This document shows, one piece after another, positions 19,227-30,271 of a stretch of DNA of 64,000 bases. This DNA comes from Babesia bigemina (Eukaryota): contig NC_027218.1 in NCBI RefSeq assembly GCF_000981445.1, forward strand, positions 2,108,001 through 2,172,000, written 5' to 3'. The first letter of the stretch is position 1; each line of letters starts with the position of its first letter. The translations under genes and the position numbers were made by a program. The notes under the pieces are model-generated. The model searched no databases, had not been told where the DNA came from, and was given only the letters and a program-made list of their open reading frames with translations.

Positions 19227-21767
19227 CATAAAGATTTTGTGGAAGCTTTGCAAAATACCGATTGGGTGGGAAAAGCAGTCGATCACTTTTCAGGGCCATT
19301 TGTATCTACATATATACCTTTTGATGGCAATCCGGTTCCGGATCAAATCAAAGACGCCCATGATAAACTTATGGAACGTGAATTTGAGCAGAAAACGCAA
19401 GATGCTATTTACAATCAAACGGTAAAGGAATTGAAACTAGCAGAGCGCCAGAAGAAAGATGCGGAACGTGAGGAACGAGATGTAAAACACATTGATGATG
19501 AGCTTAAGTATATAGATCACATAGAAAAACAGAAATACGACAACCAGGTAGCGGAAGTATCAGCGCTTGATGGGAATACAGTTGTGCTTCCAAAGACATA
19601 TGGCATACACGACTTAGACCCTTCCCTGCTATTTTCCGGTACTGCAGCTCCTAGATTATCTCACGATCCAGCGGTATATAGACGTATCTATGCGAGTGCT
19701 GCGGACCATGTTGCAAACATCGTAAAACAAAAGGTAGATGAGCAAGACATGATTCAGAATACTAAAACACGTCTTGGAATGTTTAATGGCGGTGATGTCG
19801 ATATTACATACCCACTGCCATATATGGCTCGTAACCCTGATTATTTAGAGCTTCAAATTGACACCCCTAAGCGCGCAGTCCAAGACACCTTACATGACAT
19901 GGATCTAGATGACCTTTATTCCAACGCTGACAATATCTTGAGAGATGAGTACATAACTTCCGATATGACGTATGGTAAAGACAAAGGCTTTTCAAGCGTC
20001 CCTCAGACTAATTTCGATTTGGACTTTGCACCCGGACGTATTGGAGTTGAAGGCTATGGAGATCCCGGGATGCCGCGTGACCCTTCCAGGGAGGTGTCTG
20101 AGCGCTTAGTTCCGGCATTCGCTACTCCAGACAGCTGCCAAAATCCCTGGTACGTTACCCCTTCATCCACCTCTCCCACACCTCCAACCCCCGCACCTCT
20201 CCCAGTCACCGATCATCTGCCGCCCCCCAAAACCGTACGGGAAATGCTCTACTGGTTTGTTGGATTGAATACACAAGGGTATGTTGGATTGATTACAGAC
20301 TATATCTATAGCATTTTGAAGGATGCTAACAAAAATGTCTCCAAGATCTCAGATGTTATCGAAGTCACCGGGGACCCTACCAACCTGGATGCTTCCCATG
20401 TCGCCGACAAACTGACCGAGGCATGTCTCTACGGGGCAAGCGTACTTTACAGGCTCAAATATCGTGATGATTACAAGGCTTATAATAATTTAAAATTCGA
20501 ATCGGAATATAGTAAGTTCCGTTATGCCTCCGACCCCGCCGGTCTCCTCTGCCAGCTGCGTGACTACGTCTACGCCTGCCACCACCAGTTGGCATTCCTG
20601 AAGGCGCAGTGTAAGCGGGATAAACTAAGTGGTGGGTGGAAACATTACCATTATGGCAGTGACATCAAGACATCGTCCCCCCTCCAGGCGTTCCTGACCG
20701 ACGGCTGGGACTCCACCTTCAAGACTCACCTCTTCGACCCGTGCAACCTGTGCCTTAAGAGTCGTGTCAGGATGGGATTCAGAGATAAGGATTTGCCTAA
20801 GACATCGCAACAGGGCAGTGTCATTTCCACCATCCTCACTCCCAGCTGCGGCGGTAGTGATCCCCTGCTGACATTGGCGTCCTACCTCAACTGCCTCACC
20901 AGGCGGACGCCGCGCACCACCGGGGAGCTTGTGTCGTACTTCCATCATTTCGGGAATGAGCTGCACGAGTATGCTTTGAAGGCACTTTCTTCACTAGGCA
21001 CTGCCATCACCAAGTCACATGCCGACTGCCCTGACTGGGACTGTCTTGGTGCCTCCGACCTCCAAGCTGTCAGTGGCCTCCGAGGCTCCGAGGCTCTCAA
21101 CATGATCTCCAATAACAACCACGACAACGAGCATCCCAAGACGCTGTCTACACTGGTTGGCTGCGGCAGTGACCCTGACAACTGCCCTCCGCATTGCTCG
21201 CCCATCACGTATCGGGCCTACGCCCTGTACTCCCAGAGCTTCGCGCACACCTACCTCAGCTGGACGGTGTATCTGCCGGACCTACTGTGGGAGTCACTCA
21301 AGAGACTACATTATGATCTCAAGAAGCATGTTAGCACCAAGTGTTCATCCCTTTACTTGTGTTCCACTGCCCTGCCCCTCCTCTACACTCACGGGATCAC
21401 GCCACCGGAGGGCAAATCGCAGTCGACAGTCAAGTGCTATGATGTTATGAGTAAACTGAAAGAAATTGTCGATGGCAAGCCTATCGCATCACTCATGACC
21501 GCCATGGACAATTTCCTCTACGGCATCCGGGAGCCGTTCATCTTCACTCTCGTGGCACTCTGGTCTCTCGCATTCCTCGTCTTCGCCAACACGATGCTGT
21601 ACCGCCTGGACGTGCTGCGTATACGATCACACCTTATCCGCACCAAAGCCTCCCACCACATCGATGTCAAGGCCCTGCTCACGAAAGGCCGGAAGATGCT
21701 CTCACTTTACAAAGACGTCGACTACTTCGACGAGGACCCTATTGGTTACCTTGGTGTTACGCACTAA
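19227..21767 (+). pseudogene. VESA-related family gene copy 2, 3' part (still an open frame; contains the conserved C-terminal domain and TM)
   Basis: HKDFVEALQNTDW... continues in frame from ...HKKQVAD at 14901. The C-terminal ~400 aa is near-identical to copy 1. Confidence 0.88.
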
Positions 21768-22627
21768 ATGTAGCATGTATGTTGTCACTAGTCACCGTGA
21801 GATGATATCCGCTGATCATCTAACGATATTTGTTGGGGCAGCATGTACGGTAAGGTGGTGGCCCGTGGACTTACGGAACTGGGACGTTGACCTTAACGTC
21901 GTATAATAGACACAGCCATGTAGCCACGTGACACCCAATGTCAACTTAATTTTGCAAATGCGCATTATCAATGCTATATTAATGTCTACCATATCATTTA
22001 AGCTGACTAAAATGCAATATTGAATTTTTTATAGACAGTGGCCATTCGATGCGACTACGGATAGATACACAGGCTACACCGCACTTTCATGGAAAATTGT
22101 TCCTATTCAGCTCACAGAAGATATACAATCCCATTTTGAGGTATCGCCAACAACATTTTAAAGTAGCAACAGATGTAATAATTGCGACTGAGTGATGGAT
22201 TTTTGCCATATAAAATTAACGTGATGTCCTAAATGGAGGTCGGCGCACCAGACACCACATCCTAGAAAGACGGTTCATAAGTAACCGTTGTTCGCATCGT
22301 ACCCATACGTTGGACCCTTGCTGTTACTTTGATTGCGCATTTCAAACTGCATCTGTGTTACTGGATCAATGTGCGCCTGCTCATTAAGAGGGCCCTTGCG
22401 CGTCAACTGAGTCTCTTCATTTTCTTTTGGCTACACAACCTTAGTATTTACGACCTACAACTAACTCTATACGCGTGTTTTAGGTGATGTGCCTCATATT
22501 CGGTGAGCTCATCACAACTGCACGGAATGCCTACAGCCAAACTCAGGTTTCACTGCATGGTCACCTACCTGTTGCCGGATTGTGCATCTCGGGTTTCATG
22601 GGAAGGACAGAAGAGGAACCTCCCATT

Positions 22628-23761
22628 TCATACCATTCTGATTACATATGTCCTCGGCTTTGCAATCATAGTGCACATACCGTGGTCTCCGTGTTGGTAG
22701 TATTCGACATCTGCATTGACTTCGATATCGTCTTGATCGTAGACGCATTCACTCACAGACGACCCGTCCATAGATATACGTTCAGTGGCTGATTCCTCTT
22801 CGATGACAGATGTCTCATGCGCGGCGCTACTCTGGGGAAGCGCCGCCTGTCGGTTGGCCACTGAACGTTGCCTGTTTCGCATTCGACTTTCATCTATGAG
22901 GTAGCTAATAAGCTCGAGGGTGTTGAATTTGTTGTACGACTGAAAAAGACGCTCAAATGAATCCAGCTTACCCGCGTAGTAGCCCAGATTCGGAGGTATC
23001 GTCATGCCTTCTCCAGCCGTATCTGGCCCTCGGCCATGGCTGGGCAGTGTCTTTGAGTAATGCGTCGATTTACTTGCGGACGGTCTGCTCTTTTTTCTAA
23101 CAGTGGAATGTCGAGGCTCCACATCACTGTCATCGGCGTCGCTGTTATAATTTTCTGTGTATAGATCTTGCCGCTGCCGCCTGATGCGTTTGCTTGGAAC
23201 ACTTTGCACGTCCCGCGGTCCAGTAGACTCATTCTTTGCTGAACGCAGTCTAGACCGGCGATCCAGGTCGAGCAGCCGCTCCTCCGTTAGCTCCGTTATG
23301 ACCATTCCATCTTCAGTTTTTATTTGGCGTCCCAGGTCAATGACCCTGCGCAGCAGCCGGAAGGCGAGATCGAAAGTTGCGATAAGGACATCTTTACTAT
23401 CGTAGTTGAACACGCAACTCACCACTTCCCTGTTGCGTCCGCGGTACTGCACCCTCCATGTGCCACGGGTGTAGTATATGCCGCGTACGCCGCTAAGTGG
23501 TTTTGCGCCTACTTTAATTTTTTTATCGATGTCTTTTCTAACATTGACAGTTTCTTCAGTTGTCTCCAACTGTCCCAAGCGTTCGAGATCCTGGAAATAG
23601 TGATTATAAATTTTTCTGCATTTTTCGTAAGTGTAGGGGTTGATGGACGCGCGGTAGGGTAGGTCGTCGTCCGTCACATCCTTCCAGGATACCATTTTTG
23701 TCACGATTTGGCCGACATCGCCATTGGTACTGTCGGGATTATCCGTCGGAACGTGCTCCAT
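22628..23761 (-). CDS. Hypothetical protein with a candidate divergent AP2 (ApiAP2) DNA-binding domain; 3' end may be spliced
   Basis: 377-aa ORF. SGVRGIYYTRGTWRVQYRGRNREVVSCVFNY...FDLAFRLLRRV resembles the AP2 three-strand plus helix pattern. Confidence 0.55.
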   Translation of the reverse strand: MEHVPTDNPDSTNGDVGQIVTKMVSWKDVTDDDLPYRASINPYTYEKCRKIYNHYFQDLERLGQLETTEETVNVRKDIDKKIKVGAKPLSGVRGIYYTRGTWRVQYRGRNREVVSCVFNYDSKDVLIATFDLAFRLLRRVIDLGRQIKTEDGMVITELTEERLLDLDRRSRLRSAKNESTGPRDVQSVPSKRIRRQRQDLYTENYNSDADDSDVEPRHSTVRKKSRPSASKSTHYSKTLPSHGRGPDTAGEGMTIPPNLGYYAGKLDSFERLFQSYNKFNTLELISYLIDESRMRNRQRSVANRQAALPQSSAAHETSVIEEESATERISMDGSSVSECVYDQDDIEVNADVEYYQHGDHGMCTMIAKPRTYVIRMV

Positions 23762-24537
23762 TGGTTGGCTGAACGCCTGCCATCAATCGCTAGGTGACAT
23801 GTGAGCTAGGAAGGCACACCGTTGATCTAAAGTGAAATGTGCAATGGCGCAACTGGTGTTTTTTTGGCACTCATCGTTGCTGCCAAGGGTACTTTGATCG
23901 GCTGTTTGCCGCGAGTACTGCTGCGAATCCTGTGTAAGAGGCCCTGGAAGCTAAACCGAGCGAGTTACGCCCTTGAGTCCGCCTCCAAGCGATCATCGCC
24001 AGCTCATCTGTGCACATAGATATTACCATACAGCTACATAAACGGTAGAAGACTGTAAAATTTATCTCCCGATGCGCATTGCGCGTACCTACTGTGGTCA
24101 CCTACTGCGCGCCCAGTCAGATGTGTACTAAAATCGTTGAAAAAGCTAACAACTAAGGGCAACCGCACAACGGATATAACGTAAATAGTCCGCTTATAAT
24201 CGCCTTTAGTTGTTAGTTTTACGACGGCGACAAGCGTCTGTCTGCCAATCGAGTTCACAGACGACACCCTGCCGCTGGATCCACCATATTACTATTGTTT
24301 ATATTAAACGGTTTACCCTTACACATCGTACAATTTCGATCGAATTTCGCTACACATCGGTTACGCCATGTCTTCCTACAAGCACTTCAGCCAGATCCAC
24401 CCAGCTCGTATGATCTGGAATGTATCAACAGATTGTCTACCGCACTTCAAGCCACTGCCTGGTACAATCGTTGCTCGGCGTAAGGGTTACTTAATATTTA
24501 GCGGTATAAGTAGGTGAGAATTTACCCCCGCTTGGTA

Positions 24538-24610
24538 GGGCGGCTAGCTCAAATGGTAGAGCGCTCGCTTAGCATGCGAGAGGTACGGGGATCGATGCCC
24601 TGGTCGTCCA
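24538..24610 (+). tRNA. tRNA-Ala (anticodon AGC)
   Basis: Acceptor stem GGGCGGC/GTCGTCC with G3:U70; D arm AGCTCAAATGGTAGAGC; anticodon arm CTCGC-TTAGCAT-GCGAG; T arm CGGGG-ATCGATG-CCCTG; 73 nt. Confidence 0.97.
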
Positions 24611-25080
24611 CTCTATTTTGTTTCCATAATCACTTTTAAAGACTTCCGGAATGTCTAAAGGCATCAGGGGTGGCCACAATTGATCCGCTGGGTTGTCTAA
24701 AAGGCATCGTGATCTCTGCAGTCGCCGTGGCTGTGTCATCTTGGCAGCCGCGGCGGCCCTGGAGCCATGGTTAGGTAGACAACGTTGCAGGTCCCACATA
24801 GCACAATAGCTGATCACTATACCGTATATCAGACTGTAGGACTCCAAAACGCTAGTATATGTTCCAGAATACACGGAGCTGATCATGAACGGGTGGGCAG
24901 AGCCACTTGCCTCTGGGCAACCCTCTCGCACTTCACGGCTGTGACATGTATACATACGGGTGAAAACAACTGTGGTCTCGCCACTTGTAGGATAATAACA
25001 ATTGATTAATGTCGAAGCTGTTGTGACACCGTTGTGAAACAACAGTTGCTGCTTCAACCGCCGCGCAGTCCTCAGGTCGC

Positions 25081-26625
25081 CTAAAGGTCGTCGGTGTTTC
25101 TGAAGAAATCACGCTGACCGAAGCTTTGGAACCTGTGGTTCTGCTGCCGGCGCTGCTGCTGGCCTGAGCGCTTGAGGCCGCGATCATCCTGGCCGCGAAC
25201 GTACTGCGTGATGCCTGCGTCGGCGTTCATAAGGTTCTGCAGTATCATGTTCGAGCGCATGGTGAGGTTCTGGGTCTTGTCGATGACCTGCTGGTATAGG
25301 TTCGGGGGAACTGTGGAGATTTCCACGCAGTTCTTCTCGCTGTCGATTTTCGCCTCCAGGTGGGAGTGCCTGATGAGGTTGACGATCCACCGTTCCGCTT
25401 CCAGCGAGCTCATGTTCACCTTTTGTGCGATAAGGTCGAGGTTGATCGACTGGTGTATGCGGCAGTACGTCTCGAAGATGATGTGCCTGCTGTACTCCTC
25501 GATCTGGAACTTGAGGGGCTCCAACAAAATGTCGACGTGGCACGCGTTTTGGATTTGCATGATGTGCTTCTGCGCGTCCTCGAAGTTGTACTCCACGAAC
25601 AGCGCACTCACCAACGCGGTGAAGGTGTCGGAGTACTTGGCCTTCCCGATCGAGAGCGACGCGCTGATGACTTTGAAGTGGTCCTTGCGATTCCTGTTGA
25701 GTATGGCGTAGACGGCGTAGTACCTCAGCAGATGCGGGGCTACCATCAGCACCACCGCCATGTTGCGGTCGTCCATGAGGTACTCCTGGACGTGCGGCCA
25801 CTCGTAGCTCTTGGCGTTCTTGGACTTCACCTGCGACAGCGGAATGTGGTACCTGAACACGTAGAAGAGCGCCCAGTGCAGCAGCCAGCAGCGCTTAAGC
25901 ACGAGATCCTTGCGATTTTTGCCCAGTTCTTCGTTGTTGAAAATCTCGGCGAGCCTCAGAATGCACTGGACGCCGGTCCTCGGCAGGTCGGGCTCCAGGA
26001 CACTGTTTTCCTTGTTCTCATCGTAGGGAGTGGCCGTGGTTGCCATGACCAGCAGCTCCTCCTCGGTCGACGGCAGCAGCACGCCCACCGTGATCGAGCG
26101 CAAGATACCCCAGTAGCACTTGGCCCTGTTGGCGGCCGTGTTGCCGTCGAAGGTGTACTTGGCCACGTTCTCCAGGTAGTACACCAGCCACTGCTTGCAC
26201 TTCTTCCAGTCTCCGTTGTCGGAGTATAGTTTCGCGAGCTTGAATATCGTGGCTTCGGATTCCGGGCTAACCTCGATGTCGGTCGTGCCCTGCGTCGCAA
26301 GCCACTGCGGCAGGGACACCAGCCATATGCGCTCTGCGGACGACGAGATGCGCGTGGCCTGGCTCTTCTTGTATATCTCTAGCGCCTCCTGAAGTGGCGC
26401 AAGGGTATTCAGCATCGCGGCCTCCTGCTCGCTGAACTGTTCGTCTGTCAGCCTCTGCGAGGCCACCTTGCTGGTGATGTCCGCGCGGACGGCCGACAGT
26501 TCGCCCTTGTACACCCCCTTTTGTTCCAGCCAGTCCAGCACGTGGAGCAGCATCTCGACGTCCAGGAACGGCGAGATCCGGCTGGTGATGTCATAGGGCG
26601 TGCACTCCTCGACGTTGACGCCCAT
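25081..26625 (-). CDS. eIF3e: Eukaryotic translation initiation factor 3 subunit E (PCI domain)
   Basis: YDITSRISPFLD N-terminus, RCWLLHWALF, and IFETYCRIHQSINLDLIAQKVNMSSLEAERWIVNLIR...AKIDS. Confidence 0.93.
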   Translation of the reverse strand: MGVNVEECTPYDITSRISPFLDVEMLLHVLDWLEQKGVYKGELSAVRADITSKVASQRLTDEQFSEQEAAMLNTLAPLQEALEIYKKSQATRISSSAERIWLVSLPQWLATQGTTDIEVSPESEATIFKLAKLYSDNGDWKKCKQWLVYYLENVAKYTFDGNTAANRAKCYWGILRSITVGVLLPSTEEELLVMATTATPYDENKENSVLEPDLPRTGVQCILRLAEIFNNEELGKNRKDLVLKRCWLLHWALFYVFRYHIPLSQVKSKNAKSYEWPHVQEYLMDDRNMAVVLMVAPHLLRYYAVYAILNRNRKDHFKVISASLSIGKAKYSDTFTALVSALFVEYNFEDAQKHIMQIQNACHVDILLEPLKFQIEEYSRHIIFETYCRIHQSINLDLIAQKVNMSSLEAERWIVNLIRHSHLEAKIDSEKNCVEISTVPPNLYQQVIDKTQNLTMRSNMILQNLMNADAGITQYVRGQDDRGLKRSGQQQRRQQNHRFQSFGQRDFFRNTDDL

Positions 26626-27096
26626 TTTGCTCGTTTGTGTTTGGCTCTGGGCGTTTCCACGCCGCTGCGAATATACCGGCGGTAGGAAGGCACAGGCACC
26701 TGGTGGGCGCGTGGCGCGCGGGATATCCGATATCCTGGCGAGCGCCGGGCACGTGTGTCTGGGTGGACTGCGTAGTTACAGCGTTATACGTCGCCCGAGT
26801 TGCCCGTTCGTAGACCACCCGGGTGTAATCCTATTCGAAAACCGTATTTTAGGTACTGCTTCCCGCCGCTTGAGTTTTTACCGGGCTCGATGTCGACACC
26901 CCCATCGACCCTCGCGGCGGCAGTCCGTGGTCACGTTGAAGCCGCGGTACACTAGCTTCTCCCGAACGGTCTAACTCGGCCCAATTTACACATACGTTTC
27001 GGGCACGGTCGGCAGCAGTCGGCGCCGATCTCGGTCGAATGTCGCTTTGAGTCACTTCCGCGGCGCGATTCCGTGGCGGAAGGCTCACCTCTGATC

Positions 27097-27315
27097 ATGA
27101 CCGCTCTATTGAGTTTGCCATCTTTCATCGTCGTGCTGCTGTTGACCATTTGCACTTCGAGTTACCTGAAGGTGTTCCTCCCGAACTACTTCAACGCCCG
27201 GCGTCCCGGTTTCTTCGGTCTTTTGGGGAAGCTCGCCGTCATCGGCGACCGTTTGTCACCGTACGTCGCGTTTTGCTGTATTGTGTGTGCGTTCTGGATT
27301 CTGTTCATGCGTTGA
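27097..27315 (+). CDS. Protein kish (TMEM167/Ksh1 family), 72 aa
   Basis: MTALLSLPSFIVVLLLTICTSSYLK...GFFGLLGKLAVIGDRLSPYVAFCC is the kish signature. Confidence 0.9.
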   Translation: MTALLSLPSFIVVLLLTICTSSYLKVFLPNYFNARRPGFFGLLGKLAVIGDRLSPYVAFCCIVCAFWILFMR

Positions 27316-27499
27316 GCGCTGCTGGCGAGAACTCGGCGTGTGTTGGATACATCGTAAGGACGGCCTTCCGCGGACCAAGACACCCTAGGCGACCCGGAGG
27401 TTGGCAGACCAAACAGCACGTACGCTGTTGTCTGAGGCACACAATAGTCTAAGGTTGCATTAAATCGATTGGAAGGCATACTAGACGCGTCGCCGCAAG

Positions 27500-28165
27500 A
27501 TGATGCCAGAGCAGGCGTACCACGCAGCCGACACCCTGCCAAACCAGACGTTGTACGTGTCTAACCTGGACGACCAGGTACACGTCAACGACATCATAAA
27601 GCTGCTGTTCGAGCTGTTTATTCCCTATGGAGAGATCGTCGATATCCGCGCCCGCCGTACGCAGAAGCTACGGGGCCAGGCGTTCGTCTCATTCAGGTGA
27701 GCGTTGATCGCCCCCAATTTCATCGTTCGCAGCGAGATTTCTAGCGCTACCGCAGCCTTAAAAGGCGTCAACAATCGCATCTTTCTGAACCGGCCCATTA
27801 AGGTGGCCTATGCGCGCACGCAGTCGCACAGGTCCATGAAACCCTCGGAATGCTACCGCCTGCTGACGTCAGAGCGCCATCGCCCCTCGGACCCTGCGCC
27901 CACGCAGGACGCGGCCGAGGGCGCTCAGGACAGCAGCGGCAGCCACACTCTGTTCGTGGAGAACATGCATCCGGAGATGAACAAGATGGCAGTTGAGATT
28001 CTATTCAAGCAGTACCCGGGCTACAAGGACTGCCGCTTCGTGGAGGGCAAGTGCGTGGCGTTCGTCGACTTCGCGACGGAGTACCAAGGCGAGGTCGCCC
28101 TTCAGGGGCTGCAGGGGTTCAAAGTCTCGCACGGCCACGAGTTGCGCATATCGTTCGCCAAGTAG
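27500..28165 (+). CDS. U1A/U2B'' (SNF-like) snRNP protein, two RRMs; intron 27697-27732
   Basis: PNQTLYVSNL...KLRGQAFVSF and HTLFVENM...FKQYPGYK...LQGFKV...LRISFAK. The 36-nt GT-AG intron joins the two ORFs in frame. Confidence 0.92.
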
Positions 28166-28554
28166 CGACGGGGCTGCCGGCAGCTCTACGTCGACTACCT
28201 CCGATGCATGTTGCGAATGCGGATCGGATACGCTTCACACTAATTCGCATCGTAATGATTGCTAGCGGTAGGCAGCTGCAGGGCTGCGCGTTGCTGGCCG
28301 CGTGTTATGGTGGCCGCTCGCGCGGGCGACATGTTCTGCCGTTACAGCGTCAGATCCGTTGAGCTGATAGATTTATGCCCACAGGCATTTCACGTTTAGT
28401 TTAAGAGCGGTTTTGATCGGTAGACTCGTTGCGGTAGCGCTACTCCGCGGTTAGACGTCCTCTTCTTCGCGCCAACCCCTCTCCGCTGGCATTGCTCCAG
28501 CGTGGCTGCCGAAGACTCTCGCTAGATGTGTTATTTATAGTTTAAGTCGTGGAG

Positions 28555-29875
28555 ATGGCGCAGGGTGAGTTGGCGGCTGTTCGCGCGGCTCATGGGCTCA
28601 GAGAAAGAGGAAGGCGTGGGATGTGCAGCCGGTCTCATTGCGTTGATAAAACGCATGTTCAACCGGAAGGAGCGCCGTAAGCAAAGATGCAGCCTCGAGG
28701 TCCGCACTGCGACGTCTAAGCTGAAGAAGGAGAACTTCGAGTTCGTCCGCACGCTCGGAACTGGTGAGTACATTCTAGTGAATTACGTGCTCTGCCTGTC
28801 ATTGCCACGGGCGCATACAACCGTTTTCGGCGTGAAACTTCGAATTGTACGCCTTTTTGGTGCATCTATCGTCAACTTTACTGACATGCGCGCAGGTGGT
28901 TTCGGACGTGTTCTGCTAGCAATCCCGAAAGGCGTGGAGGGCATGGAGGAGCCATGCGCTGTGAAACGTCAGAAGAAGTACACCCTGATTGTGCAGAAGC
29001 AGGTCGATCACGTGATCTCCGAGAAGAAGCTGCTGGCCAGCGTTAACCACCCGTTCATCGTGAACATGCTCGGCACGTTCAAGGACCCGCAGTACATTTA
29101 CATCGTGATGGAGTGCGTGTTCGGTGGCGACTTTTTCGGCTACCTGCGCAGCGTGGACAGGCTGAGCAGCGAGGCTGCGATGTTCTACGCCGGGCAGATC
29201 ACCGCCATCTTCGAGTACATGCACTCGCACAACATCATCTACCGTGACCTCAAACCAGAGAACTTGCTAGTGGGCCGCGACGGGTACCTCAAGTTGACTG
29301 ATTTCGGTTTCGCCAAGGTCGTCGAGATGCGCACGTACACGCTGTGTGGCACGCCCGAGTACCTCGCCCCCGAGATCCTGCTCAACAAAGGACACGGCAA
29401 GGCGGTTGACTGGTGGACGCTGGGCATCCTCATCTACGAAATGTTGGTGGGCTACCCGCCCTTCTACAACGAGGACCCCATGGGCATCTACAAGAAGACG
29501 CTGGAGTGCCGCCCCGTTTACCCGAGCTTCTACGACCGGTAGGTCCGCAAAGTGGTGTCTCACGCTTCCCAGCGATGCCAAGGAGCTGACCAAGAAACTG
29601 CTGACCTTCGACCCGTCGAAGCGTCTCGGTAACCTGCACAAGGGAGCTGAGGACGTTCGCACGTGCAAGTGGTTGTCGGGGTTGGACTTCGGCAAGCTGC
29701 TTAAGAAGGAACTGCCCGCCCCGTATGTGCCCGAGTTGAAAGTAGGTGCCACTGCGTACTGCCCGCAAGCATTTTGCAGAGCAATGACGATACTGGTAAA
29801 TTCGGTGACTATCCGGATTCGATGGACATCCCCCGTCCGGTCGAGGGCCGTGACGATCCCTTTGACAACTGGTGA
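28555..29875 (+). CDS. PKAc: cAMP-dependent protein kinase catalytic subunit; multi-exon. Start uncertain: 28555 with an intron at 28565-28628, or 28592.
   Basis: RTLGTG|GFGRV across an intron (about 28765-28895), YRDLKPENLL, DFGFAK, RTYTLCGTPEYLAPE, KGHGKAVDWW, and C-terminal DPFDNW* after further short introns near 29539-29572 and 29742-29778. Confidence 0.93.
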
Positions 29876-30271
29876 TTTGATACTCTCCGCCCGGCAAAAA
29901 CGCCACCCTGTAACTGTAGCATCATAATATATTACTTTTAAACTGTGCGCGCGAATAGACGTTCGCGGGGTGTGTAGGCCGCGGGATGTGTAAGGCCACG
30001 AGGCGCCGCTCCTGAGTGTGCCCCAAGTGTTGCGCGCGCTGGCCGTGCATCCCGTTCCGCGGCACAGTTAACGTTCCTCAGCGTGTTCTCTGAGGCTCTG
30101 GTGGCGCACATTCCCCGCGTCTGCTAGTTGACGCGATGTCTATGTGCGTACGGCTCTACGCATTATAATGTTCGCGCTGCACACACCGCTGTAGACTGGT
30201 GCCCCTTCTGCCGTTTTGCACCGCTTCACTTCGGATACCGATCGGCGCTTTGTGACTGTGTCGCATGAGCC

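Noticed and set aside
24569..25057. 162-aa minus-strand ORF overlapping the tRNA
   Set aside because: Non-ATG start, no motifs, lies in the eIF3e 3' flank and antisense to tRNA-Ala; probably spurious.
25172..26229. Long antisense ORFs over GC-rich genes (also 32369-33160 and 48568-49692)
   Set aside because: Expected shadow ORFs from high GC3 codon bias opposite well-supported genes.
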